From the NCBI GenBank assembly GCA_951406725.2, contig OX597838.1, forward strand, positions 8,060,001 through 8,124,000: 64,000 nucleotides of DNA, read 5' to 3'. Below the pieces are notes generated by a model. It was not told the origin of the DNA. It saw only the letters and a program-made list of their open reading frames with translations, and did no database searches. This DNA comes from Octopus vulgaris. Taxonomy: Eukaryota. The position numbers and the translations under genes are program-made. Below are positions 26,470-42,530 of the stretch, in pieces. The stretch's first letter is position 1. Every line of letters begins with the position of its first letter.

Positions 26470-26805
26470 TGGAAAGTGTCAGCTTTTCCCAGCCAGTTGA
26501 CTAAGGTGACACTTTATTGATCGTGCTTCGAGAACCCTTCACAACAAATCAGGCAATGACGATTTTTGTACGAGTTCTATCTTTACGTTTGTACTTATCT
26601 TTTTGTGCCATGTTGATAGTTGAGTGCTGATACTTCCAAGCGTGCCATATCCTACTGGTATCGCGTCCACTCTCTTCATTGACCACAACCTTCCTATTTC
26701 CCACTTCAAATTGTCATATTTCTTTAGTTTGTTTGTTTCTTTCCTTCTTCTTTCTCTTTGATCCTGTTTTTACCGGTATATGATATGGCGTTGTCTTTGA
26801 TCCTG
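26470..26805 (-). mobile_element. R4/Dong-clade LINE 3' fragment
   Basis: Minus strand KLKKYDNLKWEIGRLWSMKRVDAIPVGYGTLGSISTQLSTWHKKISTNVKIELVQKSSL..RVLEA. Confidence 0.75.
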
Positions 26806-26885
26806 TGCATTTACGGGGACGTAAATACACCAGCATCGGTTGTCACGCGATGTTGGGGTGACAAACATAGACACACAAACATATA

Positions 26886-27050
26886 CCTTCGAAACGCGGA
26901 GTAGATAAAACAGGGGACAACTGAAGAAGGGAATGATCTCTCTCCATTTCTTTCTTTCGTTGTTCGAAAAAAAGGTTTGTTTTCTATGTTTTTGCTTTTT
27001 ATGTTCTCATTATTCAATTTGTTGTCGGTTTTTTGATGTGCTGTACCCAT
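26886..27050 (+). mobile_element. Interspersed repeat, possibly a Penelope-like terminus; homologue at 30545-30670
   Basis: GAAGGG..TCCATTT.TTTCT.TCGTT..TTTGTTTC..CTGTACC.AT shared; begins CCTTCGAAACGCGGAG. Confidence 0.5.
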
Positions 27051-27245
27051 ATATGCATATATCTACATATATATATATATAAGTAATACTAAGCAATAAA
27101 GGGTTTAGCAACGAATTGCCTTACCACAGACCGAATTTAGAAATAGCAGTCAAAGAGTTATAGCTTTTGGTTATATATATATATGTAGGTATGGACATAT
27201 ATGTATCTATATATGCATATATTTATATATTATTTATATTATTAT

Positions 27246-27337
<92 letters not shown>

Positions 27338-27436
27338 GACGGGCTTCGGTCAGCCCGAGGCTAAAGTAGAAGACACTTGCCCAAGGTGCCACATAAATAT
27401 ATATATATACACACACACACATATGCATATATATTA

Positions 27437-27468
<32 letters not shown>

Positions 27469-27765
27469 GAGTGCATTTTACCTTGTTAACAATTAACACG
27501 GAAAAAATAAATAAATAGTTACCAGGGTAGCAAAAATCTCACAAGTAAAGATGCTGTAACTCCTTGTTTATATTTGTTCATATATATATATATATACACA
27601 TGTACACACACGCATATATATGTACACATGCATACACTCTTTCACACACACCTACAACAGTATTCGTTTCTACATGTTTCAATATAACTTTGCATTTGGT
27701 TTGAAAACTCATTTTCCTAAGAAAAAATAAACTAGCTCTCTGACAATGAATGTACACAAAAATGT

Positions 27766-27797
<32 letters not shown>

Positions 27798-27878
27798 TAT
27801 TATTGTATATACAGGTATCTAGATATATGCCTGTGTATTTGTGTGTTTGTATGTGTACTATAGAGTGTGCGTGTGTGA

Positions 27879-27934
<56 letters not shown>

Positions 27935-28078
27935 AAAGATATACATATAAATACACATGTATGGATGTATATATATATATATATGTGTCTGTGTATATAC
28001 GTATATACTTTGCAGGTGTGTGTGTTTGTGTGAGTACTAGAGAGTGTGCATGTGTGTAGAATATACATATAGTTTATG

Positions 28079-28114
<36 letters not shown>

Positions 28115-28142
28115 AAGATATACATAAATACACATGTATGGA

Positions 28143-28189
<47 letters not shown>

Positions 28190-28803
28190 ATGTATGTATG
28201 TATGTGTGTGTATATACTTAGCAGGTGTGTAAAAATTGTAAATATTGAATTATTCATGTATATTTACTCTCCTTTAAGTTACTTAAATGTGTATATGTGC
28301 ATTCATATTTAAGAAGGTATTTACACTTCGAGAGTATATATATATATATATATATACATACAAGCACATTCGCTCACAAACACTTTCACACACACATATA
28401 TATAAATCCATTATATATGTGTATACGTATATACATACATATTCCTATACACACACACATACACACATGTACTTACTGACATGTCTACACAGAAGCATGC
28501 TGACATACATACGTAAGTAATTATAATCATGTATATATTAAAACACGAGCGTCTGTGCTTGTATATACGCAAGTGTGCTGACGTCATGTGTGCGTACATC
28601 GTTACTTACGTACTTATACATGTGCGCGTGATAGCACATGTGTGTTAGTAAACGTGTGTGTGTGTGCGTGTGTGTGTACGTGTGTGTATGTATAAAATGT
28701 CTCCACAATATACCATGCATGCATTTCACAATATCAGCAGAAACATGAAACACGTATACGCGCACACACATGCTTTCGTATATATACATACATACATAAA
28801 CAA

Positions 28804-29023
28804 GGCGGCGAGCTGGCAGAAAAGTTAGCACGCCGGGCGAAATGCGTAGCCGTATTTCGTCTGTCGATACGTTCCGAGTTCAAATTCCGCCGAGGTCGAC
28901 TTTGCCTTTCATCCTTTCGGGGTCGATAAATTAAGTACCAGTTACGCACTGGGGTCGATGTAATCGACTTAATACCTTTGTCTGTCCTTGTTTGTTCCCT
29001 CTGTGTTTGGGTAGTAAAGAAAT
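28804..29023 (+). mobile_element. SINE family D (Nin/Deu-like central domain)
   Basis: Head GGCGGCGAGCTGGCAGAA, B box GTTCAAATTCC, central GCCGAGGTCGACTTTGCCTTTCATCCTTTCGGGGTCGATAAATTAAGTACCAG resembling the Nin/Deu domain. Confidence 0.85.
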
Positions 29024-29049
29024 ATATATACATACATACATATATATAT

Positions 29050-29116
<67 letters not shown>

Positions 29117-29470
29117 CGTATATATGATAACAAAATATATACGTATTTAGCAGCCATCCCTGTATACAGATATACAAACATGTGTGTGTATATATAGATG
29201 CATGCCTGCTTGTATACAAGAATATATGCATATATACAGGAGTATCATATATTTTAACGATTTTCGAAACATGCCTTCATAATGATGCTTGCATTGTATT
29301 TTATTACACTCACGCATTTGTAAGCTTAAATACCTTGACATATTTAGTCTTAATTACATATAAACCTAGAATCATATACCTACAGTCATTCATACATATG
29401 CATACATATATACATGCATACGTATGTGTTTATATATATTCATATAAATGCATATATAAATATATATATA

Positions 29471-29522
<52 letters not shown>

Positions 29523-29791
29523 AATACACACACAATTATATATATACAAGACGAGGGGTTTGATTCACTGGTAATCTAAATGAATAAGTACGTTAGTTAA
29601 GTGGTATAGGTGGTCGACCACTAGGTTCCCAGATCACAGCTAACGCTGGAATCTAGGGATCCATGTTAGGGTTCTGTTATAGCAGCTATATCTTATATTA
29701 GAGGTAAAAAAAGAACACCAAGGTAGAATGAGTATCTCAAGTCATTTAGAATAATTAAATTAAAATAAATTAAATTTTTGTTTATATATAT

Positions 29792-29826
<35 letters not shown>

Positions 29827-29827
29827 C

Positions 29828-30223
29828 AGGCGTAGGAGTGGCTGTGTGGTAAGTAGCTTGCTTACGAGCCACATGGTTTCAGGTTCAGTCCCACTGCGTG
29901 GCATCTTGGGCAAGTGTCTTCTATTATAGCCTCGGGCAGACCAAAGCCTTGTGAGTGGATTTGGTGGACGGAAACTGTATATGTATATATATGTATGTGT
30001 ATGTTTGTGTGTCTGTGTTTTTCCTCCCAACATCGCTTGACAGCCGATGCTGGTGTGTTTACGTCCCCGTAACTTAGCGGTTCGACAAGAGAGAACCGAT
30101 AGAATAAGTACTAGGCTTCCAAAGAATAAGTCCTGGGGTCGATTTGCTCGACTAAAGGCGTTGCTCCAGCATGGCCACAGTCAAACAACTGAAACAAATA
30201 AAAGAGTAAAAGAATAAAGAGTA
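29828..30223 (+). mobile_element. tRNA-derived SINE, family A, near full length
   Basis: Colinear with 9044-9475; (TA)n on both sides. Confidence 0.92.
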
Positions 30224-30840
30224 TATATATATATATATATATATATATGATTTGCATGTATAAATTCTGTTTGTATGTTTGTATCTGGTAATGAAAAAAT
30301 GGTAAAATATATTTTAGATGTATTTTAAATAGAACAAAAATTATCTGATGTAGAACTCAATACGTTAGGTAGTGTTCATAATATCATATCACCCGGAGTG
30401 AAACACAGACTGTTAACTTTTGATATACACACAAGGACACACAAACACGCGTGTGCGCGCAACAGGTATACAAACACATACACACAGACACACATACAAG
30501 CACACACATACATAGCGACATAATTCTTTGTATACCTGTTTCCCTGACTATATGAAGGGTCGTTCTTTATGTTACTTGTCCTATTTTCCATTTGTTTCTC
30601 TCGTTTGCGCTTTGAACACATTTGTTTCCGTATTGCATGTTGTTTACTGTTGGTGACATCCTGTACCTATATATATACTTGCGTATATATGTGTGTGTGT
30701 GTGTATGCATATATATATATATACACACATATATCCATACATACATACATACATACTACATACATACATACATACATACATACATACATACATACATACA
30801 TAAAAGTTGAATATGATTAGAAGATATAGAAATCAAATTT

Positions 30841-30910
<70 letters not shown>

Positions 30911-32185
30911 GTGTAAGTGTGTGTGTGAATGATTTTCGTTTACACAACATTTCTACATTTCTGTAGCGAATTCATACCTATGTACATAAACGTGTGTGTG
31001 TGTGTATGTATATGTATATGTGTATGTGTGTGAATGCGTATGCGTGTGTATATATGTAAGTGTACACATATGCATTGCCACACGACCCGGATGAAGAATC
31101 GCTGCCTTCATGAAAATCTGATTTTGGAGTTTCGTAACGCGAAATGCATTTTCTCAATGATTTGTCCATTCATTTTCTTGTAACAAAAAAAAAAACAAAA
31201 AAACAAAATGGAAGAACTAAGTATCGATGCATATGTAGCACAATGATTTTCGTTTACGCAATATTTCTACATTCCTGTAGAGATCCAAAACCTAGGTACA
31301 TAAACGTGTGTGTGTCTGTGTGTGTATGAGATTGTGTGCACGCGTACGCATGCGTATGTGTATATTTCATGTAGAAGCTGATGTCTTTAGAAAAGTCATC
31401 AACTGATGTCTTATCTAAAAATTTGCCTCTTGGCAGGAGAATGACAACCAAATTCTCGTGGCAATTTTTATTAAAATCTCCCAGAAACTTTTGCTGCAGA
31501 ATTCATAGAAATTAAGAAATTAGTCTTCTTTATTGGGTGGTCTGGGTTCAGAATTGTCTCGCTTAACTGAAAAGGCTAATGTTTACAATCTGCTGACAAG
31601 CTGAGAACAAGGTAGAGTTTCGGGCCTTATTTGATCTCGTCAGTAAAGTATATCATTCTCAGGTCTGCCTCGCTCCGGGGAGATGTATATTTGCATATAA
31701 AAGAAGAATGACAGTTTTCTCTACAGTTTAATACGGATTGGCTTAAGTGTAAAAAGTTTTTTTAAGTTCATTTCTGTTCGGTTATAATTTCGAGGCGGAA
31801 TATATTGAAATTCAGTTGGGATTTTTTGTGGACATCATTAACGCCATGAACTTCGAATTGAGATTTTGAGACGACTGCTTTCCCATTGACATACTTGAAT
31901 TGATTTCTTAATGCCTTTGATACACACACTCTCACTCAGACACACACATACACACACACATACACGCACACACACACGCACATATGTACATATAGAGAGA
32001 GATAGGTGGATATATAGATAGATAAATGTGTTGTCAGTTGTGGAACACAAGTGTCACTGCATAGACCTGACGATTGTGTAACGCATGAAAGTACTAGTTT
32101 ATTGCAAAAATTGCAAATATTAAAACGGGAAAATCAGACTAAGCTGGAATTTCAAATATATGTGTCTGTGTGTATAAATAAAAAA

Positions 32186-32273
<88 letters not shown>

Positions 32274-32289
32274 CTATTTATATATTTAC

Positions 32290-32487
32290 TGGAGCAGGCA
32301 CGCTGAGTTGTAAGAAGCTAGCTTCCTAACCACATAGATCAGGGCTCAATACCACTGCGTGGCACCTTCAGAGAGTGTCTTCAACAACACACTCGGGACG
32401 ACCAGCCTTAGAAGTGGATTCAGCAGATAGAAACTGGAAGAAGCCTATTATATATATGTTTATGTATATATGTATATGTATATATAT

Positions 32488-32519
<32 letters not shown>

Positions 32520-32647
32520 GTTTGTTTTGCAAAATAGTGGTTTTGTCTCTAATTAATATTATATAATATTTTACTATAAAATTGGATTTAATCCTAAATC
32601 TGATTTTTTTCCCTGTAAATTTGGATTTATTCCCTAATATTTATTAT

Positions 32648-32714
<67 letters not shown>

Positions 32715-32880
32715 TGTACGACAGGCTTCTTTCAGTTTTCGTCTCCCAAATCCACTCACAAAGCATTGGTTGGCCCGGGGCTATAGCAGAAGACACTTGC
32801 CCAAGATGCCACGCAGTGGGACTGAACACGGAACCATGTGGTTGGTTAGCAAGCTACTTACCACACAGTCACGCCTGCGG
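32290..32880. mobile_element. Two family A heads (plus 32290-32450; minus 32717-32880) around a fragment of the 8537 element (32520-32640)
   Basis: CCACTGCGTGGCACCTT; GGATTTAATCCTAAATCTGATTTTT..GGATTTATTCC; CCACGCAGTGGGACTGAAC. Confidence 0.75.
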
Positions 32881-33425
32881 GAGAATATATAAAGAGAAAG
32901 GGTGAACAAAATGGCGTGACTATACCTAACCATTAATATACATTGTTAGTATAAAAACGGTGTGTGTATGTTTGGATGTATCTATGTATGAGTACATACA
33001 CACATAAATAAATACGTGTGAGTGTCTGTATGCAAATATATATGTATAGACATGTATGTGTGTGAGTGTGTGTATTACAGGGTGTATACGCCATTCCTTT
33101 TACAAATTTATATACTTTTCAATATCGATTACAACTGTTTAAAAAGAAACTTTCTATAAGTATCTATGCGTGTGCGCGCGCGTATGTGTGTGTGTCTCTG
33201 TGTGTGTGTGTGTGTATGTACACAAATATGTGTGTATATTTATGCATATCCATGAATTTTTCATGTATATCTGATATTATGTATATTTGATATTCATGTA
33301 TGTGTATAAACATATATGGATATATAAATATATATTTAATATATATACATGTATATATACACACACATTTATTATATATATATATTTGAATGCATGTACT
33401 TACATGCATGCACATGTATGTAGGA

Positions 33426-33505
<80 letters not shown>

Positions 33506-33586
33506 ATATGTATGAATATGATTATTTATAAATGTATTTTTGAGGTATTTATGCATTGCATTCCGTGTTGGTCGAATGAAATGTGC

Positions 33587-33657
<71 letters not shown>

Positions 33658-33920
33658 ACGTATTGTACTACCTTTCATATTTCCACTCCAAACGTCCATT
33701 TGGGTGATTATGAGTTAATAATGCTTACAAAATATGTTTACGTAAGTACGTATGTACGTGTGTATCTATCTCACTAGCTAGCTAGCTGGCTATTTATCTA
33801 TCTACTTATTTATCTATCTCTCTATCTCTCAATCTAACTATCTGTCTATCTGTCTCTCTACCTATCTATATGTCTCTCTACCTATCTATCTGTCTCTCTA
33901 CCTATCTATTTGTCTATCTG

Positions 33921-33995
<75 letters not shown>

Positions 33996-34121
33996 GTCTG
34001 TCTTTCTTTCTTTCTGTCTATCTGTCTGTATGTCTATCTGTCTATCTATGAATGGATCTATATGTATGTACACACACACACTTATATACATATATACATA
34101 TATACATACACACACAAACAT

Positions 34122-34153
<32 letters not shown>

Positions 34154-34354
34154 ATGAGTGTATGTGTTTTTTATATGAATTATTACTCATACACAAATGT
34201 CTTCTACGGTTATTGTTATATGCGTATATGTGTGTGTGTGTGTGTCAGTGTGCGTGTGTGTGTGTCTGGGTAGGTAAATATGTATATGCATTCATAATTA
34301 CAAATACATATATGTCTATAAATATAGCTCTGTAATTATAGATAAATGTATATG

Positions 34355-34396
<42 letters not shown>

Positions 34397-34424
34397 TATA
34401 TGCATATATATATATATATATATG

Positions 34425-34460
<36 letters not shown>

Positions 34461-35569
34461 TTATAAGAATATTTATATATAGAAAATCTTATACATTTAC
34501 AGAAGATACACACACACATACGCGCGACAAATATTTAATCATATACATTTGTAGAAAATACGAACATAAACGTTAATATACATGACTTTTAATCTATTCT
34601 TCTTACACAGAGAAGAATCTTCTAGTTCTCTTAACCACACACAGATGCACACACACACACACGCCCACACACAGTCATACACACAAACACATACACACAC
34701 ACACATACACAAAACACTGACGTACACAAAACACAGAAGCCGTTATATATCGCACGCCATTATATATATATATATTTTTTGCTCCCTTTGTCACACAACT
34801 CGCTATATCTATTAAATATTCCCCATATCTGAAATAGAGAGCCCATTTATTTCAATGAAATATTCAACATATGATCAGCCCTGCCATTCTCTTCCAATTT
34901 TCTACATTTTTTTTTACGTTAAAATCTTACCATTACCGGAAAGAGATTGTTGTCGTCTGCAACACTCCAGTTCTTTCTCTTCCACCCTTGTGTGATGTTT
35001 GTGAGTAACGTCTAGCAGACGACTCTGCATCGACTGACCCTGTAATCAAATGTTACAATAAGATCTTACAGTTTAGGATGTTTGTGTGTGTGTGTGTGTG
35101 TGTATGTGTGTGTGTGTGTGTGTGTGTATGTGTGTGTGTGTGTGTGTGCGAGTGTGTGAGTGTGTCCGTATCTTTGTGTGTGTTCGTGTGTCCGTATCTG
35201 TGTGTGTTCGTGTGAGTGATAATTCATTTGTTTGTGTGTTTTACGCTTTACATTTGTGTGCACGTGTGTTTGTGGTGTTTTGAATATTTTTGATGTATAT
35301 GCAATCGTAGATATATACACATACAAATGCATATATATGTGTGCCTGTGTGTGTGAGAGGTAGTGTATACCTATATGAATATAAGTATTTTATACATGCT
35401 TTCTTGCTATATATGGCTACACACACATAAATATACATATATCCACACACACGCACATATATATAACATATACATATATCCATGTATATAATTAAACATA
35501 TAAGCCAAATATATAAATATTATATATATATATACACATTACCATGTGTGTTTGCATTATAAATACATT

Positions 35570-35624
<55 letters not shown>

Positions 35625-35824
35625 ATATATATATACACACATACACACACATATATATGTGTGTGTGTGTGTATATGTAATACTTTGTGTGTGTATGTAT
35701 GTGTGCGTTTGTGTATGTCTCAACATAGTCATTAACCACTGCTGTTTCTATTTTTTCTTTACATTTAAATATACAAATATGCAAGCATTGCATTCATGTA
35801 TGTCTGTATATGCATACATACATG

Positions 35825-36013
<189 letters not shown>

Positions 36014-36277
36014 TATATATATAATATATATATATTTTTGTGTGTGTGTGTATGTCTGTTTGTCGACCTATTCTTCTTTATGTATAGATGTCATAGATAT
36101 ATATATATATATGTATGTATATATGCATGTATGTATGTATGTATGTATGTATGTATGTATGTATGTATGTATGTATGTATGTATATAGGTAGGTAGGTTG
36201 GTAGGTAGGTATAATGCGGATGATCCATAAAAGCAAGGATATTCTGTCTCATACACACACATATACACATATGCATG

Positions 36278-36323
<46 letters not shown>

Positions 36324-36600
36324 TATCATATTCGTGGGCTTTTCTATGCATGGTACGCGTATTGTATGTTTAGGTATATCCCTGTACTCCTCCCAATTTC
36401 AACAGCCCCTCGTTGTACTTATATATATATCTATATTTGACGATGAAAAACCCTCATCTGTAACAATGTTTTTATACAGATTCTTAAAATATGGGTGGGA
36501 CTAGGGATTTGGATTTTACTAAAAAGATTTTCTGATATAAATATTTTCGATTTAAACAATGGTTTGAGCATATGTATATATATTCCTACATATATATATA

Positions 36601-36660
<60 letters not shown>

Positions 36661-36690
36661 GTATGTATGTGTGTGTGGTTATAGGTATGT

Positions 36691-36730
<40 letters not shown>

Positions 36731-37264
36731 TCGTGAGCATGAAACCGACCAGGCTATAAGATTTTGTTACACAACGCTCGTCACCGTGCCTTATGTATCG
36801 TTTTAGCCTTCGATTTACGCTACCCAGCTGGGAAGGCGAGCAGATGAACAATCCTTCCTGGTCCAAAGGGAAACTGCAATAACACGAAACGACATGTTTT
36901 GCTCTAGAATTCAAAGCACCACCCAGAACGGCATTCAAATCCACTAGTACTCGCACCTACACAATATATATATATACACACATGCAAATACATGGCTAGA
37001 TAAATACATAGATAGAGATAAATAGAAAGATAGGTAGTCACATAAATAGACAGTGACATACATACATACATACATACATACATACATACATACATACATA
37101 CATACATACATACATACATACATACATACATACATACATACATACATACATACATACATACATAATACATAATACATACATAATACATACATACATACAT
37201 ACATACATACATACATACATACATACATACATACATACATACATAATACATACATACATACATA

Positions 37265-37419
37265 AGCGCAGGAGTGTGGTAAGAACCTTGCTTGCCAACC
37301 ACATGTCTCAGGGTGCAGTCCCACTGCGTGGCACCTTGGGCAAATTTCTTCTACTATAGCCTTGGACCGACCAAATCCGTGAGTGGATTTGGTAGAAGGA
37401 AACTGAAAGAAGCCCGTAG

Positions 37420-37476
<57 letters not shown>

Positions 37477-37692
37477 GTATATATTTGTGTGGCTGTGTTT
37501 GTCCCCCCACCATCAAATGACAACCGATGTTACCGTGTTTACCTCCCCGTATCTTAGCGGTTCGGCAAAGTGACCGATGGAAAATAGGAGGCTTGCAAAA
37601 AATAAGTTTTGGGTCTATTTGTTGGACTAAAGGCGGTGCTCCAGTATCGTCGCAGTCACATTACTGAAACAAATAAAAGAATAAAAGAGAAT
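37265..37692 (+). mobile_element. tRNA-derived SINE, family A, diverged full length
   Basis: All family A blocks present in order. Confidence 0.88.
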
Positions 37693-37827
37693 ACATAGCC
37701 AGACAGGCTGACAAAGTGAGACAGACAGACGGATAGATAGAGAGAAAAAGGGATAGATAGATGGATAGATAGAGAGAGAGAGAGAAGGGGGATAGAGAGA
37801 GAGAGGGATATAGAGAGAGAGAGAGGG

Positions 37828-37864
<37 letters not shown>

Positions 37865-37996
37865 GATAGAGAGAGAGGAATAGAGAGAGATTAATAGACT
37901 AACAGACAATTAGACAAAGAAAGATAGACAGGCAGGTAGACAGATAGACAGACAGATAGAAAGACAGACAGACAGACAGACAGATAGATAGATTGA

Positions 37997-38099
<103 letters not shown>

Positions 38100-38934
38100 A
38101 TAGAAAGACAGATAGATAGATACATACGTACATACACACATACGCACATGCACACATCCATCCATCCCATACATACATACTTCCATACATACGTACATAC
38201 ATACATACACACATAAATACGTACACACATATACAGGCGCATACATACATACATACATACACACTTACATCCATACATACATGCATACTTACAAACATAC
38301 ATACACACAACTCGCATACATACACCCACACATCCATCCATCCATACATACATACATAATACATACATATATAATACATACGTTCATACATACACACACA
38401 CACATACATGCATACATACGTATCTACATAAATACATACATACATACATACATACATACATACACACATACATACATACACACATACACACATACACACA
38501 TACATATATATATACCTACATGCATAATACACACATACATACATACATACATACATACATACATACATACATACATACATACATACATACATACATACAT
38601 CCTCTCCAAAATGGTATAACACCTGCAAATGTCTTTGATTTACAAGAAGAAAAAAAACAAATTTTTCTGAAATTGTTGCAGAAATCAGTTTTTCTCGTCA
38701 TTGTTTTGTTTACTTATTTCAAAATTTCGTTTATTATTTTTAATTTGGTTGTAATTTCCAACTGAAATTTCATCAATTTTCTTGTTTTTAGATTACAATT
38801 TTTTTTTTAAATTTTATATTTACAAACTTTTCGTTTTCTATATATTTTTTTCATGAGGTGGGTGGGGTCGTCGAGATTTTTTCACAAACTTCCTTGAATT
38901 TTCATTGAGATCCCTTAGGATTTTATCATCATCA

Positions 38935-39007
<73 letters not shown>

Positions 39008-39024
39008 CATCATCATCATCATCA

Positions 39025-40470
39025 GATTTGTTTTCATTCTTTGTAAGATTTAAGTGAGTAACCTGTTAGTACCTGTAACCTTATATATCCACAAGTTTTC
39101 AATTGTCTTTCAAATGCTTAAAACCCTCCTGATGAACCTTGCCGTCCTTGAGCGCCAAGCTTTCTACAGAAGCTCTACAGGACATTCTATACCAATCTCC
39201 TTTAACCGTTTGTCTATATCTTTGCTTACATATATATCCATATATATATATATATATATATCCATATATAAATATATATAGACATACATATATATTTATA
39301 TATTATATGTATATATGCACTCTGGTATATATATATACCCCCCCCCACACACACACACACATATATATGCATGCATAATATATATACAGACATATCTACA
39401 TACAATGCACCAATTATTATAGGCACAACCTTTACAGTCTTTATATTCCAAATTCTTGCAATTTCAAATTTAAAGGGATTGTAGTTTTTTCTAATGTTTC
39501 TTCCTCTGCCTTTACGATCGTGGAATCAAACGGCCATAATGGAGCAATTGCTAAGCAGCTCCGTTTTTCCTTTCCTATTATTGTTATGTTTGGTCTGTTA
39601 TTGTCTATCTTCTTATCTGTTTGAATAAGAAAATCATATAAAACTTCACATTCTTTCGACCCTATGATCATACCCTGTACCTCCTGCTTCAAGGCCCCAT
39701 TTCTGGCAAAGCCCCATTTCTGGCAAAGCCCCATTTCTGGCAAAGCCCCCAAACTTTCGCAACTTGGTCATGTCTCCACTTCTTATATCCTCTCTACGCC
39801 ATATTGGGACATTCTGTAACAATGTCTGCCACTATCTCGTCCCAAATTCCACAGACTCTATTTTTCTGATACCTTTTCTCCAAAATCATTTTTTTCTCAA
39901 ATCGTATCTTTTTATCGCTTGATCTTGATGCGCTATAATTAGGTTCTCTGTTCCTTCTTTTCATTATCGGTTTTTGGTCAAGGCCAGGATTTTGTTCCAC
40001 AAACATCCTCGGTGCCTTTCCAAAATTGATTATCCAAAAGTTTCTTATCAATTTGTCGAACGTGCTCTCTTTGAATTTCATTCTTGTCTTTTTCTCCTAT
40101 TCTACACTTGGTCACCCAACACCAGAGCTGAAGACACCTCCGAAAGGGGGGGCCCCACCGAGTCAAAACGGTAGAGAAGTAGGGGCCGAAACCGGACGTG
40201 GTTCCTCCTGATGATGTCTTGAGCTAACTGGATCCTATAAAGGAGCTGTTGTGGTATCAGACCACGAAACACTGTTGTAATTCCTCCTTCACTGTCTTAA
40301 GTTGTTTCTCTCTACTGTTTCTGTAAATATTTTAGTAGGTTTTTTTTCTTTCCATCTGTACACACTCCTTTACAGCAATTAAGCCTCTTCCACCCGGGTC
40401 TCCCTTCATGTACCAGAGGATGATATCACCTTTCGAATGGTGGGCGCCATACATTCTCAAAAGCTGTATA
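39025..40470 (-). mobile_element. R4/Dong-clade LINE relic, fragmented
   Basis: MYGAHHSKGDI..GGRGLIAVKECV; CGIWDEIVADIVTECPNMA*RGYKKWRHDQVAK; EVLYDFLIQTDKKIDNNRPNI; KVVPIIIGAL; RTARFIRRVL; (TTA)n on both flanks. Confidence 0.85.
39694..39749. repeat. Perfect 17-bp tandem repeat x3 (GCCCCATTTCTGGCAAA)
   Basis: Units start at 39694, 39711, 39728. Confidence 0.95.
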
Positions 40471-40505
40471 GGACCCACACTTAGTTGGCAAATATGTGTT
40501 ACGAC

Positions 40506-40575
<70 letters not shown>

Positions 40576-40781
40576 ATCGTCATCATCATCATCATCATCA
40601 TCATCATAATCATCATTAGTTCATTGGTTCTCGTGTATTTACGTCGTACCAAATTTCGGCCTTTACGAGGATTAAATCGTTCCTTAAAACGATATATTTG
40701 TCATCTCCCGACAACACAGCCATAGTTTAATTTGTTTTGTTTTTACTGTTATTTTGGCATATCTTTTGTATTTGTCTTTAC

Positions 40782-40886
<105 letters not shown>

Positions 40887-41362
40887 CTGTCTTTCGTTTT
40901 TTAACGATACTGATGATCATAGCTGCCGGACGATGTAAAATCATTTAAAAGAAAACGAAAATTGGACATTTCATTAACCGTTAAAAATGGTATTAAATCT
41001 ATATCTACTTACTTTATAGTCATTCATTGTACTTGTATGTGTATGTGTTATGTACGTAAGTACGTATGTATGTGTTATGTACATAAGTATGTATATATGT
41101 ACGTAAGTTTGTATGTATATATGTATGTATGCACGTATAAATATATATATATATATATATATTTATGCAATCATATATATATATATATATATATATATGT
41201 ATAAAAATCCATATATAAATATATATATAGACATACATATATATGTATTATATGTATATATACCCACACACACACATATATGTATGCATAATATATATAC
41301 AGACATATGTACATACAAATATTTATCTTCGAATATGAGTGAAAGTGCGTGTGTGTGTGTGT

Positions 41363-41433
<71 letters not shown>

Positions 41434-42239
41434 CGCGCGGGTGTGTTACTCCATATGTATCAATATTAATTTATGAAATCAAGTTAGAATGTCTCCAACC
41501 ATAAAAACCGTTTCCGGAAGATGAAAGGAGCTAAGCTAAAAGAGATAATGGTAGTTTCCTTCGTAGCTATTGACACAAAGAATATCCCGATGTATAGGAT
41601 CACTTACCAGAAAATCTGATTCCGATAGAACAAAGAACCAAAGTTTACGAAACAATCGAACATTTATCAAATTAGCCTAAAGAAACCGGAAGTTGTCCAT
41701 CAGTTTTCTCTCAAAAAATATCGCAACAACTGATGCAAGAAATGATTCCAGAAAACCCATTATTCGGAATTTGTAGGACGACTTGTACTTAAAGCCCCAG
41801 TTAGTGGTGGAAGGGAGTAAAATGGTGAGATACAGCTTACAGGTAAAAAGACGTGAATTCTTCGAAAACGTTATGTTCTTAGACAGGCTCATAATTTTGT
41901 ATTCCTATTCCAGATGGTCAGAATATATTTCCAAGGAGTTCAATTCAAAAGTTTAGCAAAGATTCCATACAATAGCAAACAGGACGTTTTATTGGTAAAT
42001 GATGACATATAATATTAATTGAAGTCTTCTGAGAGACCTTCTAAGGCTTTTTTTTTTTGTCCTTGTGATGAGACGAAGCTAGCAGAGTCAACTGTAAGAA
42101 ACTTAAAGCCTGCCGAAAGGTGAACATGAACAATCTAAACAAGCACAGAAATTGATTCAGTTTTATCAAAAATGCTTTACAAGCAACATCGGTCCGGAAT
42201 TATTCACAACATGCGCTGTAACAAGAAAGTCAGATTTAT

Positions 42240-42420
42240 CTTTTATCCTTTACTTGTTCCGGTCATTAGACTGCGCCCATGCTGGGGCATTGCCTGGAAT
42301 AATTTTAGTCGAACTAATCGACCACCGGTACATTTTTTCTTTTAAAGCCTGGTACTCATTCTATCGGTCGTTTTTGACGAATCTCTACTGTTACGCGGAT
42401 GTAAACACAGACACAATGAC
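42240..42420 (-). mobile_element. Family A SINE tail fragment
   Basis: TTTACTTGTTCCGGTCATTAGACTGCGCCCATGCTGGGGCATTGCC..TTCTATCGGTC. Confidence 0.7.
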
Positions 42421-42424
42421 ACAC

Positions 42425-42530
<106 letters not shown>

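Noticed and set aside
30536-30660. Apparent minus-strand exon (cag|GATGTC..AACAG|gtatac) in phase with the 20970 exon
   Set aside because: Homologous to the interspersed repeat at 26910-27050, so splice signals are probably fortuitous.
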